Source: an uncultured Clostridia bacterium | Lineage (GTDB): Bacteria; Bacillota; Clostridia; Christensenellales; UBA1242 | Reading direction: 5' to 3' | Assembly (NCBI GenBank): GCA_944382715.1 | Contig: CALWNC010000006.1 | Location: forward strand, 13,642 to 77,641 | Length of the DNA: 64,000 nucleotides | Part shown: piece by piece, positions 1 to 9,871 of the stretch | Position numbering within the stretch: the stretch's first letter is position 1 | Layout of the letters: each line of letters starts with the position of its first letter | Notes under the pieces: model-generated | Database searches by the model: none | What the model was told of the DNA's origin: nothing | Seen by the model: only the letters and a program-made list of their open reading frames with translations | Program-made: the position numbers and the translations under genes

Positions 1-1
1 A

Positions 2-1171
2 GAACTACTCGCAAGCGATTGTATGTTTATTGTATCTTCTGATGCCCATTGCGAAGAAGATATTGGTGTGGCTGACAATGCTTTTAATCTTATAAAAAAA
101 TATAGTATTCCTGCAGAAAATATTGCAAATGTAGAGTTTGAAGAAGAGGAACTAACTGAAGAAGATAAAGAGAACAGGCTTTATCTTAACCTTTATAGAC
201 AGCTTAAAAAGTCTAATAATGATGAAGAAATAATTTCTGACAATAATGAAAATAAGCCTGCTGGGGCATATAGAGCTATTGACTCTTATGTTCCAGTTTC
301 TTCTGGTTCAAAAGGTTATCTTTCAAAAGAAATGGAAGATGCACTTGAAAGGATAGCATTAGAAAAAGGTATCAATGATTATAAGCGAAAAGATGGTCAA
401 GAAAGCGTTGTTCTTCAAGACTATGAAAGCAGGTTTAAAGGAGATGATTTTAATGATGAATTAAATCAGCTTCAAACTGAAAATCCTTCTCAGAATGATT
501 TTGATGTAGATAATGATATTTCTAATGAAAAGTCAAAGGGAGAGAGTGATGAGAACTTTGATTTAGAAAATAGAAACATTGCAGATAATGTGGTCAATAC
601 TGGGGAAAAATTAGATGAAAGTGAAGAGCAATTTGAATCGGCTTACACTAAACCAAAGCAAAATTTTATGAATCATATTGAAAGGAATGAAGATTATTTT
701 AATAAGCAAAATGAAAACTATGAATCTCAGAGTGAGGAAAATGAAAAAACTGAACTTGACAAAATAAATGAAACATTTGGGCAATTTAGAAATAGTGGCG
801 TAGTTTATGTAGATAAAGGGACAAAATTGGACCCCAATAGAGAAAAGGACAGTGACTATGAGCTTGAAAATAATCAAGAAGAGCAAATTAATAGTATAAA
901 ATCACAGTCAACTAATAATCAATATACTAATAATAATTTTGATACACAAAATAATATTTTTGATGATGATATTGATTATACTGGTTTTAATGTGAATAGT
1001 CAGAGTAGACAACAATCAAGGTCTAACAAAAAGGAGATTGTACAATTTAATAATCCACCTAACTTATCAAAAGAGAAGGATAGTTTAAATAATAATAGTC
1101 ATACAAATTCATCTAAGAAAACTAATGGTTTTATAGATTTTTCTAATTTTACGGACGATGGAAATGAATAG
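2..1171 (+). CDS. PHP-domain phosphoesterase, C-terminal fragment (5' end outside the window), fused to a long acidic/Asn-rich low-complexity tail
   Basis: The frame is open from nt 2 (ELLASDCMFIVSSDAHCEEDIGV). SSDAH resembles the last metal-binding motif of PHP domains. The remaining ~330 aa are D/E/N/K/S-rich with no recognisable domain. Stop TAG at 1169-1171 is followed by a hairpin and T-run. Confidence 0.45.
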   Translation, partial: ELLASDCMFIVSSDAHCEEDIGVADNAFNLIKKYSIPAENIANVEFEEEELTEEDKENRLYLNLYRQLKKSNNDEEIISDNNENKPAGAYRAIDSYVPVSSGSKGYLSKEMEDALERIALEKGINDYKRKDGQESVVLQDYESRFKGDDFNDELNQLQTENPSQNDFDVDNDISNEKSKGESDENFDLENRNIADNVVNTGEKLDESEEQFESAYTKPKQNFMNHIERNEDYFNKQNENYESQSEENEKTELDKINETFGQFRNSGVVYVDKGTKLDPNREKDSDYELENNQEEQINSIKSQSTNNQYTNNNFDTQNNIFDDDIDYTGFNVNSQSRQQSRSNKKEIVQFNNPPNLSKEKDSLNNNSHTNSSKKTNGFIDFSNFTDDGNE

Positions 1172-1200
1172 CATTATTGTTATTTATAATTAATATACAA

Positions 1201-1229
1201 AAAATGTCATTTGATGACATTTTTTTATT
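1201..1229 (+). terminator. Rho-independent terminator
   Basis: aaaatgtcat / ttg / atgacatttt perfect 10-bp stem followed by a T-run. Confidence 0.7.
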
Positions 1230-1276
1230 GAAAATAAGCTAAAAAAATATTATAATTTATTCGTTAAGGTGATAGT

Positions 1277-2248
1277 ATGTCATTTTCAAAAATAGTAAAA
1301 GATGAAATAATTAAAAAAAATATTTTTAAAAAAGAGCAAAGGTCGCTTTTGCAAGGTATGTTTCTTTCGGCTGGAAGTCTTGTTATTTCAAAGGGTAAAT
1401 TATATTTTGTAGTTTCAAATGAAAATGAAAGTGTAATAAATTTTTTGAAAGAGAATATTGAATCTTACTTTGATGGAGTGACAACAAATATAGTAAAAGT
1501 TGTTAAAAATTTTAAGCAAAAAGAACGCTTTGAGCTTTCGGTTGATGATGAAAAGGACAATGAAAGAATTTTAAAGGAACTAGCAATTGTTCAAATCATA
1601 GACAATCAAATTGTGATTTCAGACGTTTGTGATAGAGAATTTACAAATTCAAAAGAAAAAATGATGGCATTTCTCACTGGCACTTTTTTAGGTTCTGGAA
1701 ATATAAGCATTCCAAGCGTAGAAGAAGGTAAAAAAAGCTATGGGTACCATATGGAATTTGTCTTTAGTTCTAAAAATCAAGCTGATTTACTCTCAGAAAT
1801 ATTAACTTCTTTTGATATATTTCCAAAACAAATATGTCGTGGAGATTCTTTTGTCGTTTATTTAAAAAATAGTGAAACAATATGTGATACCTTATCACTT
1901 TTTGGGGCAAGTAAATCACTACTAGATTTAATGAATCAAAAGGTAACTCGTGATGTTAGTAACAATACTAATAGACAAATGAACTGTTACTCAGCAAATA
2001 TTGATAAAACCATGAATGCTGCAGTCAAACAGATGATGGCAATAGAGATAATACAAAATACAATAGGTATTGAAAATTTGCCAGATACTTTAGCTGAAAC
2101 TGCACTTGTTAGGCTTGCTAATCCTGAAGCCTCCTTAAAAGATTTACTTCAAGCATTAGACAATAAAATTAGTAAGGGGGCACTTGCACAAAGATTTAAT
2201 AAATTAATAGAAATTGCCAATAATTTAGGAGAAGGAAATGAAAAATAA
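1277..2248 (+). CDS. whiA: Sporulation/cell-division regulator WhiA
   Basis: Length of 323 aa, and motifs NRQMNCYSANIDKT and ALVRLANPEASLKDL (C-terminal HTH), are typical of the WhiA family. SD aaggtga lies upstream of the ATG. Confidence 0.88.
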   Translation: MSFSKIVKDEIIKKNIFKKEQRSLLQGMFLSAGSLVISKGKLYFVVSNENESVINFLKENIESYFDGVTTNIVKVVKNFKQKERFELSVDDEKDNERILKELAIVQIIDNQIVISDVCDREFTNSKEKMMAFLTGTFLGSGNISIPSVEEGKKSYGYHMEFVFSSKNQADLLSEILTSFDIFPKQICRGDSFVVYLKNSETICDTLSLFGASKSLLDLMNQKVTRDVSNNTNRQMNCYSANIDKTMNAAVKQMMAIEIIQNTIGIENLPDTLAETALVRLANPEASLKDLLQALDNKISKGALAQRFNKLIEIANNLGEGNEK

Positions 2249-5200
2249 ATATTCGCCTCTATTATACACTCAAAAAGCAGGAAATAAATTTAAATTGGAC
2301 GAAAAAGGGAAAAAGCTACTTCCACAAATCTATTTAAAAAGAAATTTGGTTCGTCCAAGAAAGCCAATGCGAACTTTTATTAGTGAGAAAAATTTTATTC
2401 ATTTACATTTGCATTCAGAGTATTCGTTACTTGATGGTGCAACAAGGATTGAAAATTTGGTAAAACGGGCGAAGGAACTGGGAATGAGAGCTGTAGCCGT
2501 CACCGACCATGGCAATATGTATGGTGCTGTAACATTTTTTGATACTTGTGTTTCACTCGATGAAGCATACTATAAACAGCATGGAAAGCCAATTGTAAAA
2601 CCGATTCTTGGCTGTGAATTCTATGTTGCTAGTGACTATCAAAAAAAAGAGGGAAGAGAGAAATTAAATCATTTAATTTTACTAGTTAAAAATGAGATAG
2701 GTTATAAAAATATTTCAAAACTTAATGCCATTGCTTTTAGAGATGGTTTCTATTTTAAGCCAAGGATTGATTATAATTTACTAGAAAAGTATAGTGAAGG
2801 ATTAATTTGTTTGTCTGCTTGTATTGCAGGTACTATTCCTCAGTATTTATTGAATGGTCAAGATGATGAAGCTGAAAAAGTTGCTCTCAGACTTAAAGAA
2901 ATGTTTGCTCCAGGTGATTTTTATATTGAGGTTCAAGACCATAACTTAAAAGAAGAAAAATACATTTTACCAAAACTTTATAGTTTGGCAAAGAAAATAG
3001 GTGTAAAAACTGTTGCAACTAATGATGTTCATTATTTAAATAAGGAAGATGCTCTTTCACAAGATATTTTGATGTGCGTAAATATGCGTAAGACATATGA
3101 TGACCCAGATAGAATGAAGTTTGGCAGTGAAGAGTTTTATTTTAAAACATATGAAGAAATGCAAAAAATATTTGATGAAGAGAGCATACTTAACACACTT
3201 GAAATAATGGATAAGTGTAATTATAATTTTGAATATGGTCACTATTTGTTTCCAAGGTATATTCCAGAAAATGGCGATGACCCTAAGACATTTATATTAA
3301 AATTGATTGATGAAGGTGTAAAAAAACACTATCCCGTTGTAACACAAGAATTAACTGATAGAATTAACTATGAGCTTGGTGTAATTGAGAGAATGGGCTT
3401 TATTGAGTATTATCTAATTGTATGGGATTACATTAATGCTGCAAGAAAAATGGGTATATCTGTTGGACCGGGCAGAGGTTCAGGTGCTGGTTCAGTAATT
3501 GCTTACTTGATTGGAATAACTCAGCTTGACCCACTTAGATTCGACCTATTTTTTGAAAGATTTTTAAATCCAGACAGAGTTTCAGCCCCAGATTTTGATG
3601 TTGACTTTGAGGATTCTAGAAGGCAAGATGTAATTGGGTATGTTAGGCAAAAGTACGGGGAAGACAGAGTAATTAAAATTATCACTTTGGGCATGATGGC
3701 AGCAAAAAATGCGATTAAAGATGTTGGAAGAGTTCTTCGTGTTCCTTATTCTGAAACCGACAAAATCACTAAAACAATACCAAATACAATTAAAAGGCCG
3801 TACATATTAAAAAAGGCATTTGGTTTTTATCAGGCAAAGCCAGGCGATAAAGACTACGGAGTTGACTATGCAGTACCTGAGTTAATAGCAATTTATAATA
3901 ACAACCCACAGCTTAAAGAAGTTGTGGACATTGCCATAAAACTTGAGGATATGCCAAGACAAACTTCAGTTCACCCTTGTGGTGTAATAATTGGTCGTGG
4001 ACCACTTGATGACTATGTTCCACTTTCTAGGTCTGGTGATGAACTAACTACTCAATACAATGGTGGACAAATGGAACATTTGGGTCATTTAAAAATGGAC
4101 TTTTTAGGACTAAGTAACTTATCCGATATAAAATTTGCCATTGAATATATAAAAGAAAATCGCGGAATAACAATTGATTTTGAAAATAATACTTATGACG
4201 ACCCCGAAGTATTTAAAATGCTTTCATCTGGAAACACAACGGCAGTATTTCAACTTGAAAGTGCTGGATTTCAAAAATTCTTAAAGGAATTAAAACCAAC
4301 TTGCCTTGAAGATATTGTTGCGGGAGTTTCGCTTTATAGACCCGGTCCAATGGATACAATACCAGATTTTGTTCACAATAAACATAATCCACAGGATATT
4401 ACATACGTTGATCCAAGACTTGAATCTGTACTAAACTACACTTATGGCGTTATTGTTTACCAAGAGCAAGTTATGAAAATAGTTCAGGTACTTGCTGGGT
4501 ATACACTTGCTAGGGCAGATGCCGTGCGTAAAATGATGGGTAAAAAGAAACTTAAAGATCTTCAAAAAGAAAGAGAAGTATTTGTTCATGGGTGCCCATC
4601 AATTCTTGGGAAACCAGCTGTTGATGGTTGTGTAAAAAATGGAGTTCCCGAAGATGTTGCAAATAGTCTATGGGACAAGATGGAAAAGTTTGGTTCATAT
4701 GCATTCAATAAATCTCATGCAGCAGCTTATTCTTATGTAACATATCAAACTGCATGGCTTAAATGTTACTATCGACCTGAATTTTTAACTGCTACTTTAA
4801 ATAACCGTATTACAAAATCAGATGATTTAAAAAAGTATCTTGCGTATGCTAAGTCTGAAGGAATCGAAATTTTACCACCAGATATAAACAAATCCAAAAC
4901 TCTGTTTTCTGTTAAAGGAGATACAATTCGTTTTGGATTGTCGGCAATTAAAGGTATAGGTGGTGGAATTTGTGATGAAATAATTAAAGAAAGAGAAAAA
5001 GGTGGGGAGTTTACTTCTCTTGAAGATTTCTTATCTCGAACGGTTACTTTTGGAATTAACAAAAGGCTTATAGAAGGATTTATTTTTTCTGGAGCTTTTG
5101 ATTGTTTTGGTAAAAAGAGAGCACAGCTTATATCAGTTTATGACAAGGCAATTGCAATGATAGAAAAAGATGCTAAATCTCGTATGAGTGGTCAATTCTC

Positions 5201-5996
5201 TATGTTTGGAGATATAATAAATACCGATGAATCAGTAAAAATTGACTATCCTGATATAGAAGAGTTTAGCAATATGGAAAAACTAAAAAATGAGAAACTT
5301 GTTTGTGGTATATATATATCTGGAAACCCTCTTGATGAATATATGTCAGAAATGATAAATTATAACTTTAATTCAACAATGATTTCCGAGCCTGAAACTG
5401 TGGAAGAAGACGAAGATGAGGACGAGGAAAAGGAAGTTATTAGTGAAATTGAAGATGGAATGAAAGTTGACTGTGGCGGTATTTTAACTAAGGTTCATAA
5501 AATTTATTCAAAGACAAACAATAAACCAATGGCAATTCTTACAATAGAAGACATATATGGTGAGTTTGATGCAATGATGTTTAATAATTTGTACGAATCA
5601 TTTGCTGATAAATTGGAAGAAGATAGAATTGTACACATAAATGGGCATATATCTGTTAGAGTTGGACAAAAACCAATAATTATAATTCAAAACTTAAATT
5701 TTATAGACAGAAAGCAAACACATGAAAATCAAAAAATAGAAGATGAAAAGGAAACAATAGGCGAAGACAAAATTGATGAGCAAGAAAATAAAAAGATTTA
5801 TTTAAGATTTGATTTAAATGATAGACAGATGGTTGAACAAGTAGGTGAGATATTACAGTCATATGTTGGAGATTGTCCAGTTTATGTTCAGTATGAAAAG
5901 AAACTTTATGACTTAAAGATAACAGCTATGCCATCAAATTCACTCAATGCAGAACTTATTGAGTTACTAGGAAGTCAAAATGTAAAAATAAAATAA
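2238..5996 (+). CDS. dnaE: DNA polymerase III alpha subunit, DnaE type
   Basis: N-terminal PHP motif HLHLHSEYSLLDGA, polymerase core motifs (GPGRGSGAGS, PDFDVDF), and a C-terminal OB region. Strong SD aggagaagga precedes ATG 2238. Overlaps whiA by 11 nt. Acidic insert EEDEDEDEEKE near the C-terminus. Confidence 0.92.
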   Translation: MKNKYSPLLYTQKAGNKFKLDEKGKKLLPQIYLKRNLVRPRKPMRTFISEKNFIHLHLHSEYSLLDGATRIENLVKRAKELGMRAVAVTDHGNMYGAVTFFDTCVSLDEAYYKQHGKPIVKPILGCEFYVASDYQKKEGREKLNHLILLVKNEIGYKNISKLNAIAFRDGFYFKPRIDYNLLEKYSEGLICLSACIAGTIPQYLLNGQDDEAEKVALRLKEMFAPGDFYIEVQDHNLKEEKYILPKLYSLAKKIGVKTVATNDVHYLNKEDALSQDILMCVNMRKTYDDPDRMKFGSEEFYFKTYEEMQKIFDEESILNTLEIMDKCNYNFEYGHYLFPRYIPENGDDPKTFILKLIDEGVKKHYPVVTQELTDRINYELGVIERMGFIEYYLIVWDYINAARKMGISVGPGRGSGAGSVIAYLIGITQLDPLRFDLFFERFLNPDRVSAPDFDVDFEDSRRQDVIGYVRQKYGEDRVIKIITLGMMAAKNAIKDVGRVLRVPYSETDKITKTIPNTIKRPYILKKAFGFYQAKPGDKDYGVDYAVPELIAIYNNNPQLKEVVDIAIKLEDMPRQTSVHPCGVIIGRGPLDDYVPLSRSGDELTTQYNGGQMEHLGHLKMDFLGLSNLSDIKFAIEYIKENRGITIDFENNTYDDPEVFKMLSSGNTTAVFQLESAGFQKFLKELKPTCLEDIVAGVSLYRPGPMDTIPDFVHNKHNPQDITYVDPRLESVLNYTYGVIVYQEQVMKIVQVLAGYTLARADAVRKMMGKKKLKDLQKEREVFVHGCPSILGKPAVDGCVKNGVPEDVANSLWDKMEKFGSYAFNKSHAAAYSYVTYQTAWLKCYYRPEFLTATLNNRITKSDDLKKYLAYAKSEGIEILPPDINKSKTLFSVKGDTIRFGLSAIKGIGGGICDEIIKEREKGGEFTSLEDFLSRTVTFGINKRLIEGFIFSGAFDCFGKKRAQLISVYDKAIAMIEKDAKSRMSGQFSMFGDIINTDESVKIDYPDIEEFSNMEKLKNEKLVCGIYISGNPLDEYMSEMINYNFNSTMISEPETVEEDEDEDEEKEVISEIEDGMKVDCGGILTKVHKIYSKTNNKPMAILTIEDIYGEFDAMMFNNLYESFADKLEEDRIVHINGHISVRVGQKPIIIIQNLNFIDRKQTHENQKIEDEKETIGEDKIDEQENKKIYLRFDLNDRQMVEQVGEILQSYVGDCPVYVQYEKKLYDLKITAMPSNSLNAELIELLGSQNVKIK

Positions 5997-6057
5997 AGTA
6001 CTAATCTTTGTTTAGAATTTCTCGTAAAATTAAAAATAAATATTGAGAGGTAAAATT

Positions 6058-7014
6058 ATGAAAAATATTGCAGTTTTAACAAGTGGTGGAGATAGTCCTG
6101 GTATGAATGCTTGTATTAGAGCAGTTGTAAGATATGGAATTTCTCAGGGATTAAATGTCTATGGAGTTAAAAGAGGTTATTCAGGACTTATAGAAAATGA
6201 TATGGAGTTAATGACAACTCGTTCTGTAGGAAATATAATTCAAACGGGTGGTACAATTTTAAAAACTGCTAGATGTAATGAATTTAAAACAGAAGAAGGA
6301 TTATCTAAGGCTTTGAAAAATCTTAGAGAGCGAGAAATTGAGGGACTTGTCGTAATTGGTGGTGACGGCTCTTTTAGGGGTGCAGAAAAACTTATACAAA
6401 ATGGAATTCTCTGTGCTTGCGTACCTGGAACCATTGACAACAATTTATTCTATACAGATTATACACTTGGCTTTGACACAGCAACAAATACGGTTGTAAA
6501 TATGATTAACAATGTTCGTGACACTTCAATGTCGCACGATAGAGTTTCTATCATTGAAACTATGGGTGCTGGTTGTGGTGATTTGGCACTAAATGCAGGT
6601 TTAGCATCGGGCGCTGACGTTATAATTGTGCCTGAGGTTAATTTTTCAGTAGAAGAGATTTGTAAAAAATTAATTAATGCAAGAAATCACCATAAAGAGT
6701 TTTCAATAATAGTTTTGTCTGAGCATATTATTGAAGCTAGTGAACTTGCAAGACAGATTACAGAGCACTGTGGGCTTGAATGTAGATGGCTTATATTAGG
6801 TCATGTACAAAGGGGAGGAAGTCCAACTGCTTTTGACAGAAATCTAGGTACAAACTTTGGTGCAAGAGCCGTTGAGGAACTTTTGAAAAACAATTGTGGA
6901 GTGGTTGGATATAGAGATGGTAAATATATTTATGTTACTATTGAAGAAGCATTAAATGGCACTAGGAAATTTAACGAAGACGAATATAGACTCGCACAAA
7001 AACTAAGCTTTTAA
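6058..7014 (+). CDS. pfkA: ATP-dependent 6-phosphofructokinase
   Basis: Motifs TSGGDSPGMNA, IGGDGS, PGTIDNN, MGAGCGDLAL. ATG 6058 follows SD gagagg; the TTG at 6043 given in the track is probably not the start. Confidence 0.92.
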   Translation: MKNIAVLTSGGDSPGMNACIRAVVRYGISQGLNVYGVKRGYSGLIENDMELMTTRSVGNIIQTGGTILKTARCNEFKTEEGLSKALKNLREREIEGLVVIGGDGSFRGAEKLIQNGILCACVPGTIDNNLFYTDYTLGFDTATNTVVNMINNVRDTSMSHDRVSIIETMGAGCGDLALNAGLASGADVIIVPEVNFSVEEICKKLINARNHHKEFSIIVLSEHIIEASELARQITEHCGLECRWLILGHVQRGGSPTAFDRNLGTNFGARAVEELLKNNCGVVGYRDGKYIYVTIEEALNGTRKFNEDEYRLAQKLSF

Positions 7015-7019
7015 TAAAA

Positions 7020-7049
7020 AGACAAATAGAATTTCTATTTGTCTTTTTT
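7020..7049 (+). terminator. Rho-independent terminator after pfkA
   Basis: agacaaataga / att / tctatttgtct 11-bp stem followed by TTTTT. Confidence 0.75.
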
Positions 7050-7165
7050 CTAATTAGAAATAATTTTAGAACTTTAACTATTATGTTTTATTTCATTAAA
7101 TACTTTAAAATACTTTGAATTTTTTTTTAGATTATGTTAGAATGAATTATTAGAGGATAAAAACT

Positions 7166-7897
7166 ATGAAAATTAATGTTGTAGGAACTAGTTGCTCTTG
7201 GTATAAAAGAAATAATACTAGTTTTATTTTAGATGATAAAATGCTATTAGATGTTTCTTCTGGTAATTATAAACCAATTATTAGAAATATTGATATATTT
7301 GATTTAAATGCCATTTTTATCTCTCATTTACATGCAGACCATGTGGGAGATTTACATATTATAACAACAAGATTTATTAGAGAATCTAAAAAAAGAGGAA
7401 GAACCACAAAGCTTAGAGTTTATGGACAAAAAGGTTTGCCAGAACAAATTGTAGAACTTAAAAAAATCATCTATGGTGCACCAGATGAATTGGACTTAGA
7501 GCTATTAAAAGATTCAATTGATTTTATTGAAGTTAAAGATGGAATGGAATTTGAAGAAAGTGGCTACAAGGTAAAAGTATATAAAATGAGTCATGGCAAT
7601 ATGCTTTGTTTTGGCTATTCTTTTACGGACAAAGAAGGCAAAACAATATCATTTTCAGCAGACACTTGTAGATGTGTAAGTTTAGAAACAATGTTAAGTA
7701 CTTCGGGTTATGCGTTTGTAGATATGGCTGGAATAACTGAAAATCCACACCACTTACACTATGAAGGATTCGCAGAACTTGAAAAACAGTATCCAACTTG
7801 TAAAATGTTTCCAGTGCATACTAGTGACCCGAGTCAAGAATATGCAGAAAAAAATAATATGAATTTTTTACATGATGGACAAATCTTAAATCTATAA
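7166..7897 (+). CDS. Metallo-beta-lactamase-fold hydrolase
   Basis: HxHxDH motif ISHLHADHVGD, with a later His (MSHG) and Asp. SD agagga. Substrate unknown. Confidence 0.75.
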   Translation: MKINVVGTSCSWYKRNNTSFILDDKMLLDVSSGNYKPIIRNIDIFDLNAIFISHLHADHVGDLHIITTRFIRESKKRGRTTKLRVYGQKGLPEQIVELKKIIYGAPDELDLELLKDSIDFIEVKDGMEFEESGYKVKVYKMSHGNMLCFGYSFTDKEGKTISFSADTCRCVSLETMLSTSGYAFVDMAGITENPHHLHYEGFAELEKQYPTCKMFPVHTSDPSQEYAEKNNMNFLHDGQILNL

Positions 7898-8193
7898 AAA
7901 ATATTTATTAAGGCTTATGTTTTAATAGCTACAAATAAAAGTAAACAATTTTTAATTAATGATTTATTCACATGTATTAAGATATTTTGTTTATTTGTAA
8001 TATTTATAGAAAATTAAAATTAGCTTTAAATAAGTTTATTTTAGGTCTTTTCATTAAGATTTTGATGGGGAATAAATCTAATAATGAAAAGACTATTAAA
8101 TAAACTTAATTTTTTATAAAACATCTGATGGAATTATAAGATATAGAGAATTTTTATTTTCATCAAATGGAAAAAGACTAATGTTAAAAAAAT

Positions 8194-8232
8194 ATCACTC
8201 ATTTTAATTTATTCAATTAATTAATGAGTGAT
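8194..8232. terminator. Bidirectional hairpin terminator (A-run / stem / T-run)
   Basis: atcactcatt ... aatgagtgat 10-bp arms with additional ttaatt/aattaa inner pairing. Flanked by A-run and T-run. Lies just downstream of the minus-strand ABC permease stop at 8255. Confidence 0.6.
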
Positions 8233-8254
8233 TTTTTCATTGGCTAAAACATAA

Positions 8255-9082
8255 TTATCTTTTTTTATTTATAATTTTCTCAAATATCGCAATTACTGCG
8301 TACATCAAGCCCGATAAGATACAGAGAATTACAATTGCTGACATAACAAGGTCAAGTTTAAAGACTTGTCCTCCATAAACAAGAAGATAACCAAGCCCAG
8401 CTTTACTTGACAGATATTCTCCCATAATTACACCAACCCATGCCATTCCAAGATTTATTTTAAGTGTAGAAATAAAATTAGGTATTGTTGCAGGTATAAT
8501 TAATTTTGTAAGTATTTGAAACTTGTTTGCCCCCATGGATTTAAGTAGCAAAATCTTTTCACTTGGAATTGATAGATAACCATTAAGAAGATTAATTGTT
8601 GCAATAACTACACAAATTAAAATTCCCATTGTAACAATTGCTTTTGTTCCAATTCCAACCCAAATAATGATGAGAGGGCCAAGCGCAATCTTTGGCAAGC
8701 TATTGAGTACTATAATATAAGGTTCTAGTACTTTTTTTAGTGGTGGAATAACATATAGGATAATTGCTAGAGCTGCTCCAATTAAGGTGCTAAGCAAAAA
8801 GGCTAAAATTGTTTCGTTTAGTGTGGTTAAAATATGTGTTTGTAGTGAGCCCGAGTTATAGAGTAAAACAATTTGATTTATAATTCTTGAAGGTGAAGAA
8901 ATAATAAATGGATCTGCCCAGTTTAACTCTGCGGCAAGTTCCCAAATTCCAATTAAAAAAATTAATAGAAGCACCCTAAAAAAATGAATAAAAAAAGTTT
9001 TTATGTGCTCTTTTCTAATGAATTTTTTATGGGCTAGAGAAATCTCTGGCTTACTTTTTTTTAAAATGTATCTTTTTTTCAT
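8255..9082 (-). CDS. ABC transporter permease (NitT/TauT, binding-protein-dependent family)
   Basis: Multi-TM protein. Probable start at MKKRYIL (ATG 9082) after SD ggagg. ATGA overlap with the upstream ATPase stop. Confidence 0.85.
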   Translation of the reverse strand: MKKRYILKKSKPEISLAHKKFIRKEHIKTFFIHFFRVLLLIFLIGIWELAAELNWADPFIISSPSRIINQIVLLYNSGSLQTHILTTLNETILAFLLSTLIGAALAIILYVIPPLKKVLEPYIIVLNSLPKIALGPLIIIWVGIGTKAIVTMGILICVVIATINLLNGYLSIPSEKILLLKSMGANKFQILTKLIIPATIPNFISTLKINLGMAWVGVIMGEYLSSKAGLGYLLVYGGQVFKLDLVMSAIVILCILSGLMYAVIAIFEKIINKKR

Positions 9083-9834
9083 TGGAGTTCCTCCCAAAGT
9101 GACTTAAAGTAACTGTTAAAAAGGATATTATTTCTTCTTTCAAGAGGAGTTAAATTTTTATCAAAATCAATGTCAATAATTTTCTTTATCGTACCAGGTC
9201 TTTTTGTCAGCACAATAATTTTATCGCTCATTGAAATTGCTTCTGAAATGTCATGAGTTACAAGTATTGCAGTTTTATGTTCGGATTTGATAATTTGATG
9301 AATGTCATTTTGAACTGAAAGTCTTGTTTGATAGTCGAGTGCAGAAAAGGGCTCATCAAGAAGTAATATTTTTGGATTTAATGCAAGAGTTCTAATGAGT
9401 GATACTCTTTGCCTCATACCACCAGAAAGTTCAGAAGGTCGAGCCTTTTCAAAACCACTTAGTCCATATTTTTTAAGTAAACTTTTAAGTTTATCACTTG
9501 AAAGGCAATTTTTTTTGTGATTAATTTTTGGCCCAATCATAACATTTTGGTAAACATTTAACCATTCAAACAAATTATCACGCTGAAACATATATCCAAC
9601 ATTTGTTGAAACTTTTGAAACAATTTCCCCGTCAATTACAATTTGTCCAGAACTTGGTGGAAGTAGACCTGCAATCATTGATAAAATTGTAGTTTTTCCA
9701 CAACCACTTGGACCTACAATACTTATAAATTCTCCATTTTCTACACTAAAAGAAACATCTTTTATTGCTTCAGTTTCCGTTTTTAAGGTTTGATATGTCA
9801 GATTAATGTTTTTAAGTTCAAGTAATGTATTCAA
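9079..9834 (-). CDS. ABC transporter ATP-binding protein (NitT/TauT family)
   Basis: Walker A GPSGCGKTT, signature LSGGMRQRV, Walker B LLLDEPFSALD. Likely TTG start at 9834, 7 nt after AGGAGG. Confidence 0.88.
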   Translation of the reverse strand: MNTLLELKNINLTYQTLKTETEAIKDVSFSVENGEFISIVGPSGCGKTTILSMIAGLLPPSSGQIVIDGEIVSKVSTNVGYMFQRDNLFEWLNVYQNVMIGPKINHKKNCLSSDKLKSLLKKYGLSGFEKARPSELSGGMRQRVSLIRTLALNPKILLLDEPFSALDYQTRLSVQNDIHQIIKSEHKTAILVTHDISEAISMSDKIIVLTKRPGTIKKIIDIDFDKNLTPLERRNNILFNSYFKSLWEELQ

Positions 9835-9871
9835 AAGATTTCCTCCTTTGGAGAAAAGGGGCAAACCACTA

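Noticed and set aside
2238-2366. Possibility that the 43-aa N-terminal extension of DnaE is spurious and the true start is the internal Met at 2367
   Set aside because: ATG 2238 has a strong SD (aggagaagga) and is translationally coupled to whiA, whereas the internal ATG has none. The longer form is kept, though the extension is unusual.
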